The notes under the pieces are model-generated. The model was not told the origin of the DNA and ran no database searches. It was given only the letters and a program-made list of their open reading frames with translations. Of a stretch of 64,000 nucleotides of DNA, positions 19,406 through 29,388 are shown piece after piece. The position numbers were made by a program, and so were the translations under genes. Source of the DNA: an uncultured Clostridia bacterium (GTDB lineage: Bacteria > Bacillota > Clostridia > Christensenellales > CAG-314); contig CAKPYT010000040.1 of assembly GCA_934203075.1 (NCBI GenBank), positions 2,583 through 66,582 of the forward strand, given 5' to 3'. The first letter of the stretch is position 1. Each line of letters begins with the position of its first letter.

Positions 19406-20938
19406 ATGGAGAAAGTATGGATTGACGGCTCTACCCTAACGATAGAGGACGTGGTAAAAGTAGCAAGAGGGAAAGCTCAGGTGGAATTGGATCCGAAGGC
19501 TCTTCCGCGCATGAAAGCATCTCGCGATCTGGTAGAACGCGTGGTCGAAGAAGCTCGCCCGGTGTACGGCATTACGACCGGTTTCGGGAAGTTTGCAGAC
19601 GTGTCGATTTCGGAAGAAGACAGTCGCCAGCTGCAAAAAAACCTCATCATGAGTCACTCCTGCGGCGTCGGCGAACCGTTCCCGGAAGAAATCGTGCGTG
19701 CTATGATGCTATTGCGTCTGAACGCGCTCTCCGTCGGGAACAGCGGCATCAGTCAAAATACTTTTCAAACGCTGTTGGCCGCGTTGAATAAAGGCGTTGT
19801 TCCGGTGATTCCCTGCAAAGGGTCTCTCGGGGCTAGCGGCGATCTGGCTCCGCTCAGCCACATGGTGCTTACCATCATCGGCGAGGGCGAAGCGTTTTAT
19901 CAGGGCGTTCGCATGCCCAGTGCGGAAGCGTTGAAAAAAGCAGGCATTACGCCCTGCGAATTAACTTCGAAAGAAGGTCTGGCACTGAACAACGGCACAC
20001 AGGCGATGAACTCTATCGCGACGCTTGCCGTCAACGACGCTGCGATTCTTTCCAAAACGGCGGATATTGCCGCAGCCTTGTCGCTGGAAGCTTTGCAGGG
20101 GATCATTTCGGCGTTCGATCCGCGCATTCAGGAAGTGCGTCATCAACCCGGGCAAAAGAAAGTGGCACAAAACGTGCGCACGATTCTGGACGGCAGCAAA
20201 AACGTGACCAAACAGGGCGATTTGCGCGTGCAGGATCCGTATTGCCTGCGTTGTGTCCCGCAAATTCACGGACCTTCCAAGGATTCGTTGGAATACGTTA
20301 CAGGAATCGTCAGCAGAGAAATCAATGCCGTAACGGATAACCCGCTGATTTTTGCCGAAACGGATGAAACGTTCAGCGGCGGCAATTTCCACGGGCAATA
20401 TCTGTCTATGGCGATGGACTTCCTCGGAATTGCCGTGGCAGAATTCGCCAACGTTTCCGAACGGCGTATCGAGCGTATGGTTAACCCGCAGTTGTCCTTC
20501 GGCTTGCCGGCATTCCTCGTGAAAAACGGCGGTCTGAACAGCGGCTTTATGATTCCGCAGTACGTAGCGGCTGCGCTCGTTTCCGAAAACAAGGTGTTGG
20601 CGCACCCGGCCGTAGTAGACAGCATCACTTCCAGCGCAAACCAGGAAGACCTCGTTTCCATGGGAATGACGGCGGCACGGAAAGCGCGCGAAATCATTTT
20701 TAACGTTACAAACGTTTTGGGCATAGAGGTTCTGGTGGCTTGCCAGGCAATCGAGTTGGCAGGGCGTGTCGAAACGCTTGCTCCCGCTACGCGCGCGGTG
20801 TTCGATCGCGTTCGTCGGGAAATTGCTTTTGTCGAAAACGACAGATATCTTTCTCCGGATATTCACAAAGCGGCAGCGCTTGTGAAGAGCGGAGAAATCG
20901 TAGCGGCTTGCGAAGCCGTTACCGGTAAATTATTCTAA
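19406..20938 (+). CDS. hutH: Histidine ammonia-lyase
   Basis: MIO-forming GASGDLAPLSH motif. The start at MEKVWIDG has RBS GAGGAAGG upstream. Confidence 0.95.
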   Translation: MEKVWIDGSTLTIEDVVKVARGKAQVELDPKALPRMKASRDLVERVVEEARPVYGITTGFGKFADVSISEEDSRQLQKNLIMSHSCGVGEPFPEEIVRAMMLLRLNALSVGNSGISQNTFQTLLAALNKGVVPVIPCKGSLGASGDLAPLSHMVLTIIGEGEAFYQGVRMPSAEALKKAGITPCELTSKEGLALNNGTQAMNSIATLAVNDAAILSKTADIAAALSLEALQGIISAFDPRIQEVRHQPGQKKVAQNVRTILDGSKNVTKQGDLRVQDPYCLRCVPQIHGPSKDSLEYVTGIVSREINAVTDNPLIFAETDETFSGGNFHGQYLSMAMDFLGIAVAEFANVSERRIERMVNPQLSFGLPAFLVKNGGLNSGFMIPQYVAAALVSENKVLAHPAVVDSITSSANQEDLVSMGMTAARKAREIIFNVTNVLGIEVLVACQAIELAGRVETLAPATRAVFDRVRREIAFVENDRYLSPDIHKAAALVKSGEIVAACEAVTGKLF

Positions 20939-20965
20939 TACTATCGAAGGAGGAACAACAATCTT

Positions 20966-23005
20966 ATGGTATCGAATCTGGATATTTCCAAAGCAATGAC
21001 CATTAAACTGGACGGCGAACTGCCTCCGAAAAAATCGTTTCAGGAGGGAATTCGCAGGGCTCCGAAACGTGAGTTCTTACTCTCGGAAAAAGATACGGAA
21101 CTGGCGCTGAAAAATGCGTTGCGCTACTGCCCGGAAGAATGGCACGAAACCTTAATTCCGGAGTTTTTGGACGAATTGTATACGCACGGACGTATTTACG
21201 GCTATCGTTTCCGTCCCGAAGGACGCCTGAAAGGCAAGCCGATTGATGAATACAAGGGAAACTGCATCGAAGGAAAGGCGTTCCAGGTGATGATTGATAA
21301 CAATCTGGATTTTGATATCGCATTGTATCCTTACGAATTGGTAACGTACGGGGAAACCGGTCAGGTTTGCCAGAACTGGATGCAGTATCTGCTCATTAAA
21401 AAGTATCTCGAAGTCCTGCGGGACGATCAGACGCTGGTCGTGATGAGCGGGCATCCGCTCGGGTTGTTCCGTTCCGCAAAAACTTCTCCGAGGGTCATCA
21501 TCACCAACGCATTGATGATCGGCCGTTTCGACGATCAGGAAAACTGGCACCGTGCGGAAGCGCTGGGGGTTGCCAACTACGGGCAGATGACGGCCGGCGG
21601 CTGGATGTACATCGGGCCTCAGGGCATTGTACACGGCACCTATAACACCATTCTGAATGCGGCACGCCTGAAACTCGGCGTAGGCGAACGCGAAGATCTC
21701 CGCGGAAAACTGTTTGTATCGTCCGGTCTCGGCGGTATGAGCGGCGCGCAGGGCAAAGCGTGCGAAATCGCAAACGGCGTCTGCATCATTGCGGAAGTGG
21801 ACGCGTCCCGCATCGAAACCCGTCATAGCCAGGGCTGGATCAGCCGCGTGACGGATTCTGCAAAAGAGGCATTTGCCATTGCGCAGGAATATATGGCGAA
21901 AAAGGAAAAAATGTCCATCGCCTACCACGGCAACATTGTAGACTTGCTGCAATATGCCATCAACCATAACATTCATATCGATTTGTTAAGCGATCAGACG
22001 TCCTGCCACGCCGTGTACGACGGCGGCTATTGCCCGCAAGGCCTGACCTTTGAAGAACGCACCGAAATGTTGGCGAACGATCCGGAACAATTCCGCGCCA
22101 TGGTCGACAAAACGCTGAAAGCGCATTTCGAAGCGATTAAAGAACTGCACGCAAGAGGAACTTACTTCTTCGACTACGGCAACAGCTTTATGAAATCCGT
22201 TTACGACAGCGGCGTAAAAGAGATTTGCGCCAACGGCGAAAACGAACTGGACGGCTTCATTTTCCCATCCTACGTGGAAGATATTCTGGGCCCCGTTTGC
22301 TTCGACTACGGCTACGGTCCGTTCCGTTGGGTCTGCCTCAGCGGCAAACCGGAAGATTTGCACAAAACGGATATGGCAGCGATGGAATGCATCGATCCGA
22401 ACAGACGCTATCAGGATTATGATAACTGGGTATGGATCCGCGATGCGGAAAAGAACAAACTCGTGGTCGGCACGCAGGCGCGTATTTTGTATCAGGATGC
22501 CATCGGCCGTATGAAAATTGCGTTGAAGTTCAACGAAATGGTGCGTAACGGCGAAGTCGGCCCCATCATGATGGGGCGTGATCACCACGACTGCGGCGGT
22601 ACGGACGCTCCGTTCCGCGAAACCTCCAACATTAAGGACGGGTCGAACATCATGGCGGATATGGCAACGCAGATTTATGCGGGCAACGCGGCGCGCGGCA
22701 TGAGCCTTGTGGCTTTGCACAACGGCGGCGGCACGGGCATCGGCAACGCCATCAACGGCGGTTTCGGCATGGTGCTGGACGGAAGCGAACGCGTGGATGC
22801 TATTCTGCAACTTTCCATGCCTTGGGACGTTATGGGCGGGGTGGCTCGCCGCAGCTGGGCGCGCAACGAGCATGCGCTTACCACCAGCATCGAGTATAAC
22901 GGCCTGAACATGAATTCTCACATCACTCTGCCGTACCTGGCGGACGAACAAAAAGTGCACGAAGCGGTTGCAAGCACGTATGCGGCAAACGCTCACAAAA
23001 AATAA
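20966..23005 (+). CDS. hutU: Urocanate hydratase (long ~680-aa form)
   Basis: Contains GGWMYIGPQGIVHGT and is urocanase-like along its full length. Confidence 0.95.
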   Translation: MVSNLDISKAMTIKLDGELPPKKSFQEGIRRAPKREFLLSEKDTELALKNALRYCPEEWHETLIPEFLDELYTHGRIYGYRFRPEGRLKGKPIDEYKGNCIEGKAFQVMIDNNLDFDIALYPYELVTYGETGQVCQNWMQYLLIKKYLEVLRDDQTLVVMSGHPLGLFRSAKTSPRVIITNALMIGRFDDQENWHRAEALGVANYGQMTAGGWMYIGPQGIVHGTYNTILNAARLKLGVGEREDLRGKLFVSSGLGGMSGAQGKACEIANGVCIIAEVDASRIETRHSQGWISRVTDSAKEAFAIAQEYMAKKEKMSIAYHGNIVDLLQYAINHNIHIDLLSDQTSCHAVYDGGYCPQGLTFEERTEMLANDPEQFRAMVDKTLKAHFEAIKELHARGTYFFDYGNSFMKSVYDSGVKEICANGENELDGFIFPSYVEDILGPVCFDYGYGPFRWVCLSGKPEDLHKTDMAAMECIDPNRRYQDYDNWVWIRDAEKNKLVVGTQARILYQDAIGRMKIALKFNEMVRNGEVGPIMMGRDHHDCGGTDAPFRETSNIKDGSNIMADMATQIYAGNAARGMSLVALHNGGGTGIGNAINGGFGMVLDGSERVDAILQLSMPWDVMGGVARRSWARNEHALTTSIEYNGLNMNSHITLPYLADEQKVHEAVASTYAANAHKK

Positions 23006-23024
23006 ACAAGGAAGTGCTTCAAAA

Positions 23025-24008
23025 GTGTTTAACAAAGTTTTGGAATGCGTGCCGAATTTCAGTGAAGGCCGCGATCAGGCAAAAATTGAAAAAATCGTAG
23101 ATTGCTTCCGCAATGTGGAAGGGGTAAAACTGTTGGATTACAGCAGCGATAAGGATCATAACCGCACGGTAGTAACCGTTGTCGGGGAGCCGCAGCCTTT
23201 GGCGCAGGCGGTGATTCATGCGGCAGGGGTTGCACAGCAGCTCATCGACCTCACCAAGCACGAGGGACAGCACCCGCGTATGGGGGCTACGGACGTGGTT
23301 CCGTTCATCCCGATTCAGAACGTGACGGAAGAAGAGGCCATTGCCCTCTCGAAGGAAGTGGGAAAAGCACTGTACGAACAGTATCAGATCCCCGTGTTCC
23401 TGTATGAAAAATCCGCAAGCGCACCGCATCGCGAAAACCTTGCGGCCGTCAGAAAAGGGCAGTTCGAAGGAATGGCGGAAAAAATGCAGGATCCGCAATG
23501 GCATCCCGATTTCGGCGAAAATCATCCGCATCCGACGGCAGGCGTAACGGCGGTCGGGATGCGTATGCCGCTGGTTGCGTTTAACGTCAATATCGATTGC
23601 CCGGATTTCTCCGTGGCGGATCGCATCGCAAGGAAAGTGCGTTTTATCGGCGGCGGGTTTCGCTTCTGTAAAGCAATGGGCGTAGACCTTGCGGAACGCA
23701 AACAGGTGCAGGTGTCCATGAACATGACGGATTTCACCCGCACGGCATTGTACTACAGCTACGAATTTATTAAAATGGAAGCAAAACGCTACGGCGTGGA
23801 AGTCATCGGCAGCGAAGTCATCGGGCTGGTGCCGTACCAGGCGTTGTATGCGTGCGCGGAGTATTCCTTGATGTGTCAGGGAAAAACGGCGGAAGAAGTT
23901 CAATTGATGGACGAATACGACGTGGTTTCCGCTGCGGAAGAATACCTCAAAATCGAAAACTTCTCTCAAAGTCAGGTTTTGGAATTCAAAATCAAAGAAT
24001 CGAATTAA
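23025..24008 (+). CDS. Glutamate formimidoyltransferase
   Basis: N-terminal signature LECVPNFSEGR. A GTG start after AAGGAAG is preferred over the ATG at 22968, which lies inside hutU. Confidence 0.9.
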   Translation: MFNKVLECVPNFSEGRDQAKIEKIVDCFRNVEGVKLLDYSSDKDHNRTVVTVVGEPQPLAQAVIHAAGVAQQLIDLTKHEGQHPRMGATDVVPFIPIQNVTEEEAIALSKEVGKALYEQYQIPVFLYEKSASAPHRENLAAVRKGQFEGMAEKMQDPQWHPDFGENHPHPTAGVTAVGMRMPLVAFNVNIDCPDFSVADRIARKVRFIGGGFRFCKAMGVDLAERKQVQVSMNMTDFTRTALYYSYEFIKMEAKRYGVEVIGSEVIGLVPYQALYACAEYSLMCQGKTAEEVQLMDEYDVVSAAEEYLKIENFSQSQVLEFKIKESN

Positions 24009-24060
24009 CGCAGGAAAAAACGGTCGGGGAGAACTCGGCCGTTTTTTTAAGGGAGACAAA

Positions 24061-25308
24061 ATGAAAACAGCATTGATTCATATCACGCAACTTGTAACGT
24101 GCAAAGGCTCGCACGCAAAGCACGGCAAAGAAATGAGTGAGATTGGCGTCATCGAGAACGGCTGCGTCGTTGTAGAGGGCGAAACGATCGAAGCCGTCGG
24201 CAGTATGAAAGAATTGGCGCAGAAGTACGATTTCGACCAAATGAACGTCATCGATTGTTCCGGCAAAACGGTGTTGCCCGGGTTTGTGGATTCGCACACG
24301 CATCTGGTTTTCGGCGGCTATCGTGCCGATGAATTCGATTGGCGTCTGAAAGGCATGAGTTATATGGATATCATGTTGCGCGGTGGCGGAATTCAGGCAA
24401 CGACCGACGCTACGCGCACAACCTCCAAGGAAGATCTGAAAAAATCTGCCAAGCGTCGTCTGAAAAGCGTTTTGCAGTTCGGCGTCACCACCCTGGAAGC
24501 CAAAAGCGGCTACGGGCTGGACGGCGAAAACGAAATCAAGCAGTTGGAAGTCGTGCAGGAATTGCAAAACGAACAGCCGGTGGAATTGGTTTCTACTTTT
24601 ATGGGGGCGCATAGCGTTCCCCCGCAATACAAAGGCAGGGAGGAAGAGTTCATCCGTTATTTGATCGACGAAGTTCTGCCGGTGGTGAAAGAACGGAATC
24701 TGGCGGAGTTTTGCGATATTTTTTGCGAGGATAACGTTTTCAGCGTGGAACAGAGCCGCCTGATGCTGACGGAAGCGCAAAAAATGGGCTTCGGTGCCAA
24801 AATTCACGCGGATGAAATCGTCACGTTGAACGGGGCGGGGCTCGCGGCAGAAATCGGTGCCGTTTCGGCAGACCATCTGTTGCATGCCTCCGACGAGGGG
24901 CTGAAAGCGCTTGCAAATTCCAAAACCATTGCAACGTGTTTGCCGGCAACCGCCTTTTGTCTGAACGATACCTATGCAAACGCCCGTAAAATGATCGATC
25001 TGGGGTGTGCGGTGGCCGTTGCCAGCGACCTGAATCCCGGCAGTTGTTTCTGCGAAAGTATTCCGCTTATCATTTTCCTCTGCACGATGTACATGCACAT
25101 GACCATCGAAGAAACCGTCACGGCATTGACCATCAACGGGGCGGCGGCAATCCGCAGAGAACACAAAGTGGGCAGCATCGAACCGGGCAAGCAGGCGGAT
25201 ATGGTCATTTTGGAATGGCCGTCCATTCATTTCCTTCCTTACCATACGGCAGTAAACTCCGTAGAAAAAGTGGTAAAAAAGGGCAAACTTGTGTACGAAC
25301 GGGCATAA
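24061..25308 (+). CDS. hutI: Imidazolonepropionase
   Basis: Amidohydrolase metal motif GFVDSHTHLVFGG and HutI-like along its full length. Confidence 0.95.
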   Translation: MKTALIHITQLVTCKGSHAKHGKEMSEIGVIENGCVVVEGETIEAVGSMKELAQKYDFDQMNVIDCSGKTVLPGFVDSHTHLVFGGYRADEFDWRLKGMSYMDIMLRGGGIQATTDATRTTSKEDLKKSAKRRLKSVLQFGVTTLEAKSGYGLDGENEIKQLEVVQELQNEQPVELVSTFMGAHSVPPQYKGREEEFIRYLIDEVLPVVKERNLAEFCDIFCEDNVFSVEQSRLMLTEAQKMGFGAKIHADEIVTLNGAGLAAEIGAVSADHLLHASDEGLKALANSKTIATCLPATAFCLNDTYANARKMIDLGCAVAVASDLNPGSCFCESIPLIIFLCTMYMHMTIEETVTALTINGAAAIRREHKVGSIEPGKQADMVILEWPSIHFLPYHTAVNSVEKVVKKGKLVYERA

Positions 25309-25317
25309 AGGGGTACT

Positions 25318-25929
25318 ATGAAAGAACTTACGTTATCGGATTTTATCGCAAAAACGGCGTCGGCGGCACCCGTCCCCGGGGGAGGAGGCGTTGCCGCGTT
25401 GGTTTCCGCTTGCGGTGCGGCGCTGGTCGGGATGCTTGCGGCTCTCAGCACGAACGAACAAAAATTTGCCAATGCGGGGGAGATGCTTCAGAAGTCGCAG
25501 GAACTGGCTCAAAAAGCGCAGGATCTGTTGGAATTTGCAGAAAAGGACGCTTCCGTGTTTGCAGAGTATATGCGCGTGTTGAAATTGCCGAAAACGACGG
25601 AGGCCGAGGCGGATGACAGAAAACGTCTGTTGGCCGAAGCGGCAATCAACGCAACGGAAGTCCCTCTGACCTTGGCACAACTTGCATTCGAAATGATGGA
25701 TGCGGCAGATTACGTTGTGCAGAACGGCAACCCGAACGCCGTCAGCGACGGGGCTATCGGGGCTATGCTGCTGAAAAGCGGAGTGCTCAGTGCATTGTAT
25801 AACGTCAAAATAAACCTGCCGTCCGTCAAAGACGAGGCAAAAAAGAGCTATTATCAAAGTGAAGTGCAGCGGCTTTCGGTGCAGAGTGCCGCAAAAGAGG
25901 CCGAAATCTTGCAGAAAGTAGGGTTTTAA
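25318..25929 (+). CDS. Formimidoyltetrahydrofolate cyclodeaminase family protein
   Basis: Contains PVPGGGGVAALVSACGAAL, typical of the cyclodeaminase/cyclohydrolase domain. Confidence 0.85.
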   Translation: MKELTLSDFIAKTASAAPVPGGGGVAALVSACGAALVGMLAALSTNEQKFANAGEMLQKSQELAQKAQDLLEFAEKDASVFAEYMRVLKLPKTTEAEADDRKRLLAEAAINATEVPLTLAQLAFEMMDAADYVVQNGNPNAVSDGAIGAMLLKSGVLSALYNVKINLPSVKDEAKKSYYQSEVQRLSVQSAAKEAEILQKVGF

Positions 25930-25957
25930 GTGCACCGCAACAAAAAACAACACAAAA

Positions 25958-25988
25958 ACGACGCAAGCGTAAGGCTGCGTCGTTTTTT
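25958..25988 (+). terminator. Terminator of the hut operon
   Basis: Stem ACGACGCA/TGCGTCGT followed by TTTTTT. Confidence 0.75.
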
Positions 25989-26282
25989 CGTTGCGTTTTG
26001 CCTCTTTCGGGGAGCAGCGGCGGGTTTGTTAAAATTTTCTTTCGATTCGAAAAGAGTGTAAGGGTTCCGTCCGGAACCCGAAAGAAAAGGTGCAGCGTAT
26101 AAGGCTCCCGTAAGTGGTCGTTTCCGCAAGAAAAAACGCTTCCGCCGATTTTTTCGCGGGTTCGTTGCGGAGTTGTGTGAAGACGCGGGAGAATTGCCGG
26201 AAGGAAAAGCTTCCTCCGAAGGGGGAAAAGAGCTCCGGAAGGGCGAACAGACGCAAAAATTTGATTATTTTGTGAAAAACGC

Positions 26283-26311
26283 TTTACAGGTTGCTTCGGG
26301 TTTGTTAAGAT
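26283..26311 (+). promoter_or_regulatory. Promoter preceding the lysine riboswitch
   Basis: TTTACA, a 17-nt spacer, then TAAGAT, about 10 nt before the L-box. Confidence 0.45.
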
Positions 26312-26320
26312 ATTGCACAT

Positions 26321-26490
26321 AAGATAGAGGCGCGGTTTTTATGAGAACCGACGGGCGCAAACCATAGTCCGCCGGGGGAAAGGAAAAACCGCCGAAAGCG
26401 TATCGTGTGCGGTTTGGCATCGATAAGCTTGGTACAAGGGAAAATATCTTTTGTACTGTCGCCAAGTTATTTTGGCGGAGAGCTATCGAT
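26321..26490 (+). promoter_or_regulatory. Lysine riboswitch (L-box) aptamer
   Basis: AAGATAGAGGCGCG ... GGGGGAAAGG ... CCGCCGAAAG ... GTACTGTC ... GAGAGCTATC matches the conserved L-box blocks as recalled from the B. subtilis lysC leader. The P1 helix is GATAG/CTATC. Confidence 0.8.
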
Positions 26491-26505
26491 GTTGTGCTTT
26501 TACGT

Positions 26506-26540
26506 GCCACAATGTTGATAGCATTGTGGCCTTTTTCTTT
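26506..26540 (+). terminator. Riboswitch expression-platform terminator
   Basis: Stem GCCACAATG/CATTGTGGC followed by CTTTTTCTTT, 36 nt before the nhaC ATG. Confidence 0.75.
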
Positions 26541-26575
26541 GTAAAAAATCTTTTTATAAGGAGAGAGAAAGTACA

Positions 26576-28240
26576 ATGCATTCGTTACTTCTCGAAAACG
26601 GCTCGCTTTTTGTCGGAACGATCTGGGCGTTTGTGCCTGCTGTTCTTGCAATCGTGCTGGCGCTCGTAACCAAGCAAGTCTACCTCAGTTTGTTCGCGGG
26701 GATTTTTGTGGGCGCAATGTTTCTGGCGGACGGCAACCCGATTTACGCATTGGGTATTCTGTTCGATAAAATGGCGACCTCGGTGGGCGGCAACATGGGG
26801 ATTCTGGTCTTTCTGGTGATGCTGGGCGTGCTCGTGATTTTAATGACAAAGGCTGGCGGCACCAAAGCATACGGCGATTGGGCCGCGCAACGCATTCACA
26901 CAAGAAAGGGGGCCCTCGGGGCAACGGCAGCCCTCGGCGGATTGATTTTTGTGGACGATTACTTCAATTGCCTCACCGTGGGCAGCGTGATGCGCCCCGT
27001 AACGGATAAGTTCCGGGTGTCCCGCACCAAGTTGGCGTATCTGATCGATTCTACGGCCGCGCCGATTTGCATCATTGCCCCCATTTCCAGTTGGGCGGCG
27101 GCGGTCAGCAGTTATACCCCCGCAGGGGAAAGCGGCCTGATGCTGTTCATCAAAACCATTCCGCTGAATCTTTATGCGTTGCTGACCATTGGCATGGTAG
27201 TATTTTTCATCGCAAAGGATCTGGACTTCGGCAAAATGCGCCGAAACGAAATTGCCGCAAAAAACGGCGATCTGCTCGCCGGCGAAACGGATTTGCCTAC
27301 GGAAGATATTCCGCAAAGCGAGGTATCGAAAAACGGCAAAGTGCGCTATCTGGTGCTGCCCATCGTGGTGCTGATCGTCTGCTGCGTAGCGTCTATGATT
27401 TACAGCGGCTACTTTTATGATTGGGATGCCGGTCGCCTCGGCAACGTGGCGGACCCGAACATGACGCTCATCGGCAGTTTCGGCAATTGCGACGCGGGCA
27501 GTGCGCTTGCCATCGGTTCTACCATTGCGGTTCTCTTTACCATGGTGTACTACGGCCTCACCAAGGCAGTCAGTTTTCACGACAGTATGGATAGCATCGC
27601 AAAGGGATTCAAATCCATGGTGCCCGCCATTCTCATTTTGATTTTTGCCTGGACGATTTCCGCCATTATGGGGGCAAAAGGCGAAGGCGTTGCCAACCTG
27701 TTCGACGGCACGTTGAACGCAAAAGCGTTTATCGAAACCACCGTCACGGCAGAAAGCTTCGGCATGGGGGTAATTCCCGCCGTGCTGTTCCTGATTGCGG
27801 CCGTCATTTCGTTTGCTACCGGCACCAGTTGGGGAACCTTCGGGTTGCTGATCCCCATTGCGCTTACCGTAACGGATATCACGGGGGCGGGGGCCGCTAC
27901 CTCTACCATGGCGATTCTTTCCATGAGTGCCGTTCTGGCAGGCAGTGTATACGGAGATCACGTTTCCCCCATTTCGGATACCACCATTATGGCGTCCAGC
28001 GGGGCACAATGCAACCATATCGATCACGTCCGCACACAGTTGCCGTATGCCACATTGGTCGCGGCGGGGTGCTTCGTCAGCTACCTCATCAGTGGGCTTG
28101 TTGCGCAGGCAAACCTGAGTTATGGCCTTACCGTATTGGTAACTTTGGGCAGCGGTGTACTGATTCTTGCCGCAACGCTTTTGGTGGTTCTCAAAATGGA
28201 TCGCAAAAAGCAGGCGCAGGGGGGAGAATCGACGAACTGA
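26576..28240 (+). CDS. Na+/H+ antiporter NhaC family protein (candidate lysine-related transporter)
   Basis: 554-aa polytopic protein resembling the NhaC family, with RBS AAGGAGAG. It lies immediately downstream of the L-box. Confidence 0.85.
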   Translation: MHSLLLENGSLFVGTIWAFVPAVLAIVLALVTKQVYLSLFAGIFVGAMFLADGNPIYALGILFDKMATSVGGNMGILVFLVMLGVLVILMTKAGGTKAYGDWAAQRIHTRKGALGATAALGGLIFVDDYFNCLTVGSVMRPVTDKFRVSRTKLAYLIDSTAAPICIIAPISSWAAAVSSYTPAGESGLMLFIKTIPLNLYALLTIGMVVFFIAKDLDFGKMRRNEIAAKNGDLLAGETDLPTEDIPQSEVSKNGKVRYLVLPIVVLIVCCVASMIYSGYFYDWDAGRLGNVADPNMTLIGSFGNCDAGSALAIGSTIAVLFTMVYYGLTKAVSFHDSMDSIAKGFKSMVPAILILIFAWTISAIMGAKGEGVANLFDGTLNAKAFIETTVTAESFGMGVIPAVLFLIAAVISFATGTSWGTFGLLIPIALTVTDITGAGAATSTMAILSMSAVLAGSVYGDHVSPISDTTIMASSGAQCNHIDHVRTQLPYATLVAAGCFVSYLISGLVAQANLSYGLTVLVTLGSGVLILAATLLVVLKMDRKKQAQGGESTN

Positions 28241-28276
28241 CGAAAACCACGTTTTTGCAACAAGAAAACAAAAAAA

Positions 28277-28300
28277 AGCAGGTTCGCCTGCTTTTTCTTT
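28277..28300 (+). terminator. Terminator after the NhaC-family gene
   Basis: AGCAGG-TTCG-CCTGCT hairpin followed by a T run. Confidence 0.75.
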
Positions 28301-28383
28301 ACAGAAAAATTACAAAAGCAAAAAGAAATTCGATGGAAGCGTTTTTTGCTTGGTGGTATAATAGTTTCACAAAGGAAGGAATC

Positions 28384-29388
28384 ATGAATCAGACGGTGGA
28401 AAATTTAAGAAAAACGGTATTGCCGCTTCTTGCGGCGTTTTTGTGGGGCGTTGCGTTTGTGGCACAAAAAACAAACACGATGGGCGCGTTTGCCTTCAAT
28501 TTTTCCAGGTCGGCAGTGGCGTTTTTGTTTTTATTGCCGGTGATTCTTGTTTTCACGCGCGACCCGAAGCACTTGCTTTCGGCAGAAACCAAACAGGGCA
28601 CCAAAACGCTGTGGCTCGGCGGTATTTGCTGCGGGGGAATCCTCACGCTTTCCACGTCGCTGCAGCAGTTGGGCATGAATGCCGGTACGGAGGCGGGGAA
28701 AGCAAGTTTCCTGACCGCAATGTACGTGGTATTGGTCCCCGCCCTGGGGCTGTTTTTCAAAAAGAAAGTTCCCGTGCATATTTGGCTCAGTGTTGCCTTA
28801 GCGCTCGCAGGGTTATACTTTTTGTGCGTGAAAGTCGGGTTTTCTGTCGCGCCGAGCGATCTGATCGTTGCCAGCTGCGCTTTCGTGTTCAGCGTTCATA
28901 TTCTCGCGGTGGATTATTTTTCCACCAGATGCAATTGTCTCAAACTCAGTTGTATTCAGTTTTTGACGATGACGGTTCTGAGCGGAATTCTCACCCTGTT
29001 GTTCGATGAGTTTTCGCTTGCTTCCGTGGGGGAGAATTTGTCTGCCGTGTTGTACCTCGGCATTTGTTCCAGTGGCATTGCCTATACGCTGCAGATCGTA
29101 TCGCAAAGGGGGGCGAACCCTACGGTGCTGTCCCTGTTGCTTTCGTGTGAGTCCGTATTCGGGGTGCTTGCCGGGGCTCTTGTGCTGCAGGAAGTGCTTA
29201 CCCCGAGGGAATACGTCGGTTGCGCGTTGATGATGCTCGCCGTGGTTCTTTCGCAGTTGCCGGTCGACCGATGGCTGGCTGCAAAGCGGCAGAAACGCAA
29301 AAAGCACGCCGACTGTGCCGTACCCTCGCCCGCAGGGCAAACGCCGGACGAATCGGCAGAAATGATACCAGAGAGGAAACAAAGATGA
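28384..29388 (+). CDS. DMT superfamily (EamA-type) permease
   Basis: Ten-TM protein with two EamA-like repeats. The start at MNQTVENLRK is used because the ORF-track start at 27829 lies inside nhaC. Confidence 0.85.
   Translation: MNQTVENLRKTVLPLLAAFLWGVAFVAQKTNTMGAFAFNFSRSAVAFLFLLPVILVFTRDPKHLLSAETKQGTKTLWLGGICCGGILTLSTSLQQLGMNAGTEAGKASFLTAMYVVLVPALGLFFKKKVPVHIWLSVALALAGLYFLCVKVGFSVAPSDLIVASCAFVFSVHILAVDYFSTRCNCLKLSCIQFLTMTVLSGILTLLFDEFSLASVGENLSAVLYLGICSSGIAYTLQIVSQRGANPTVLSLLLSCESVFGVLAGALVLQEVLTPREYVGCALMMLAVVLSQLPVDRWLAAKRQKRKKHADCAVPSPAGQTPDESAEMIPERKQR

Noticed and set aside
25989-26282. About 290-bp spacer after the hut terminator, with a hairpin GGGTTCC-GTCC-GGAACCC and purine-rich repeats (GGAAGGAAAAGC, GGGGGAAAAGAGC), considered as a possible ncRNA or pseudogene.
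   Set aside because: It shows no promoter, no terminator pairing with it, no ORF with sensible composition and no motif that I recognise. It is left as unexplained spacer rather than reported as a feature.
27829-28383. Upstream extension of the EamA permease ORF (ORF-track start 27829). Similar 5' extensions occur for gerAB (6236), gerAC (7458), ktrA (10441), pdxK (29220), adh (50827), upp (52302), rplV (61272) and rplW (59802).
   Set aside because: The extensions overlap the preceding genes in another frame, are low-complexity, and precede internal starts that have good RBSs and align with the family N-termini.
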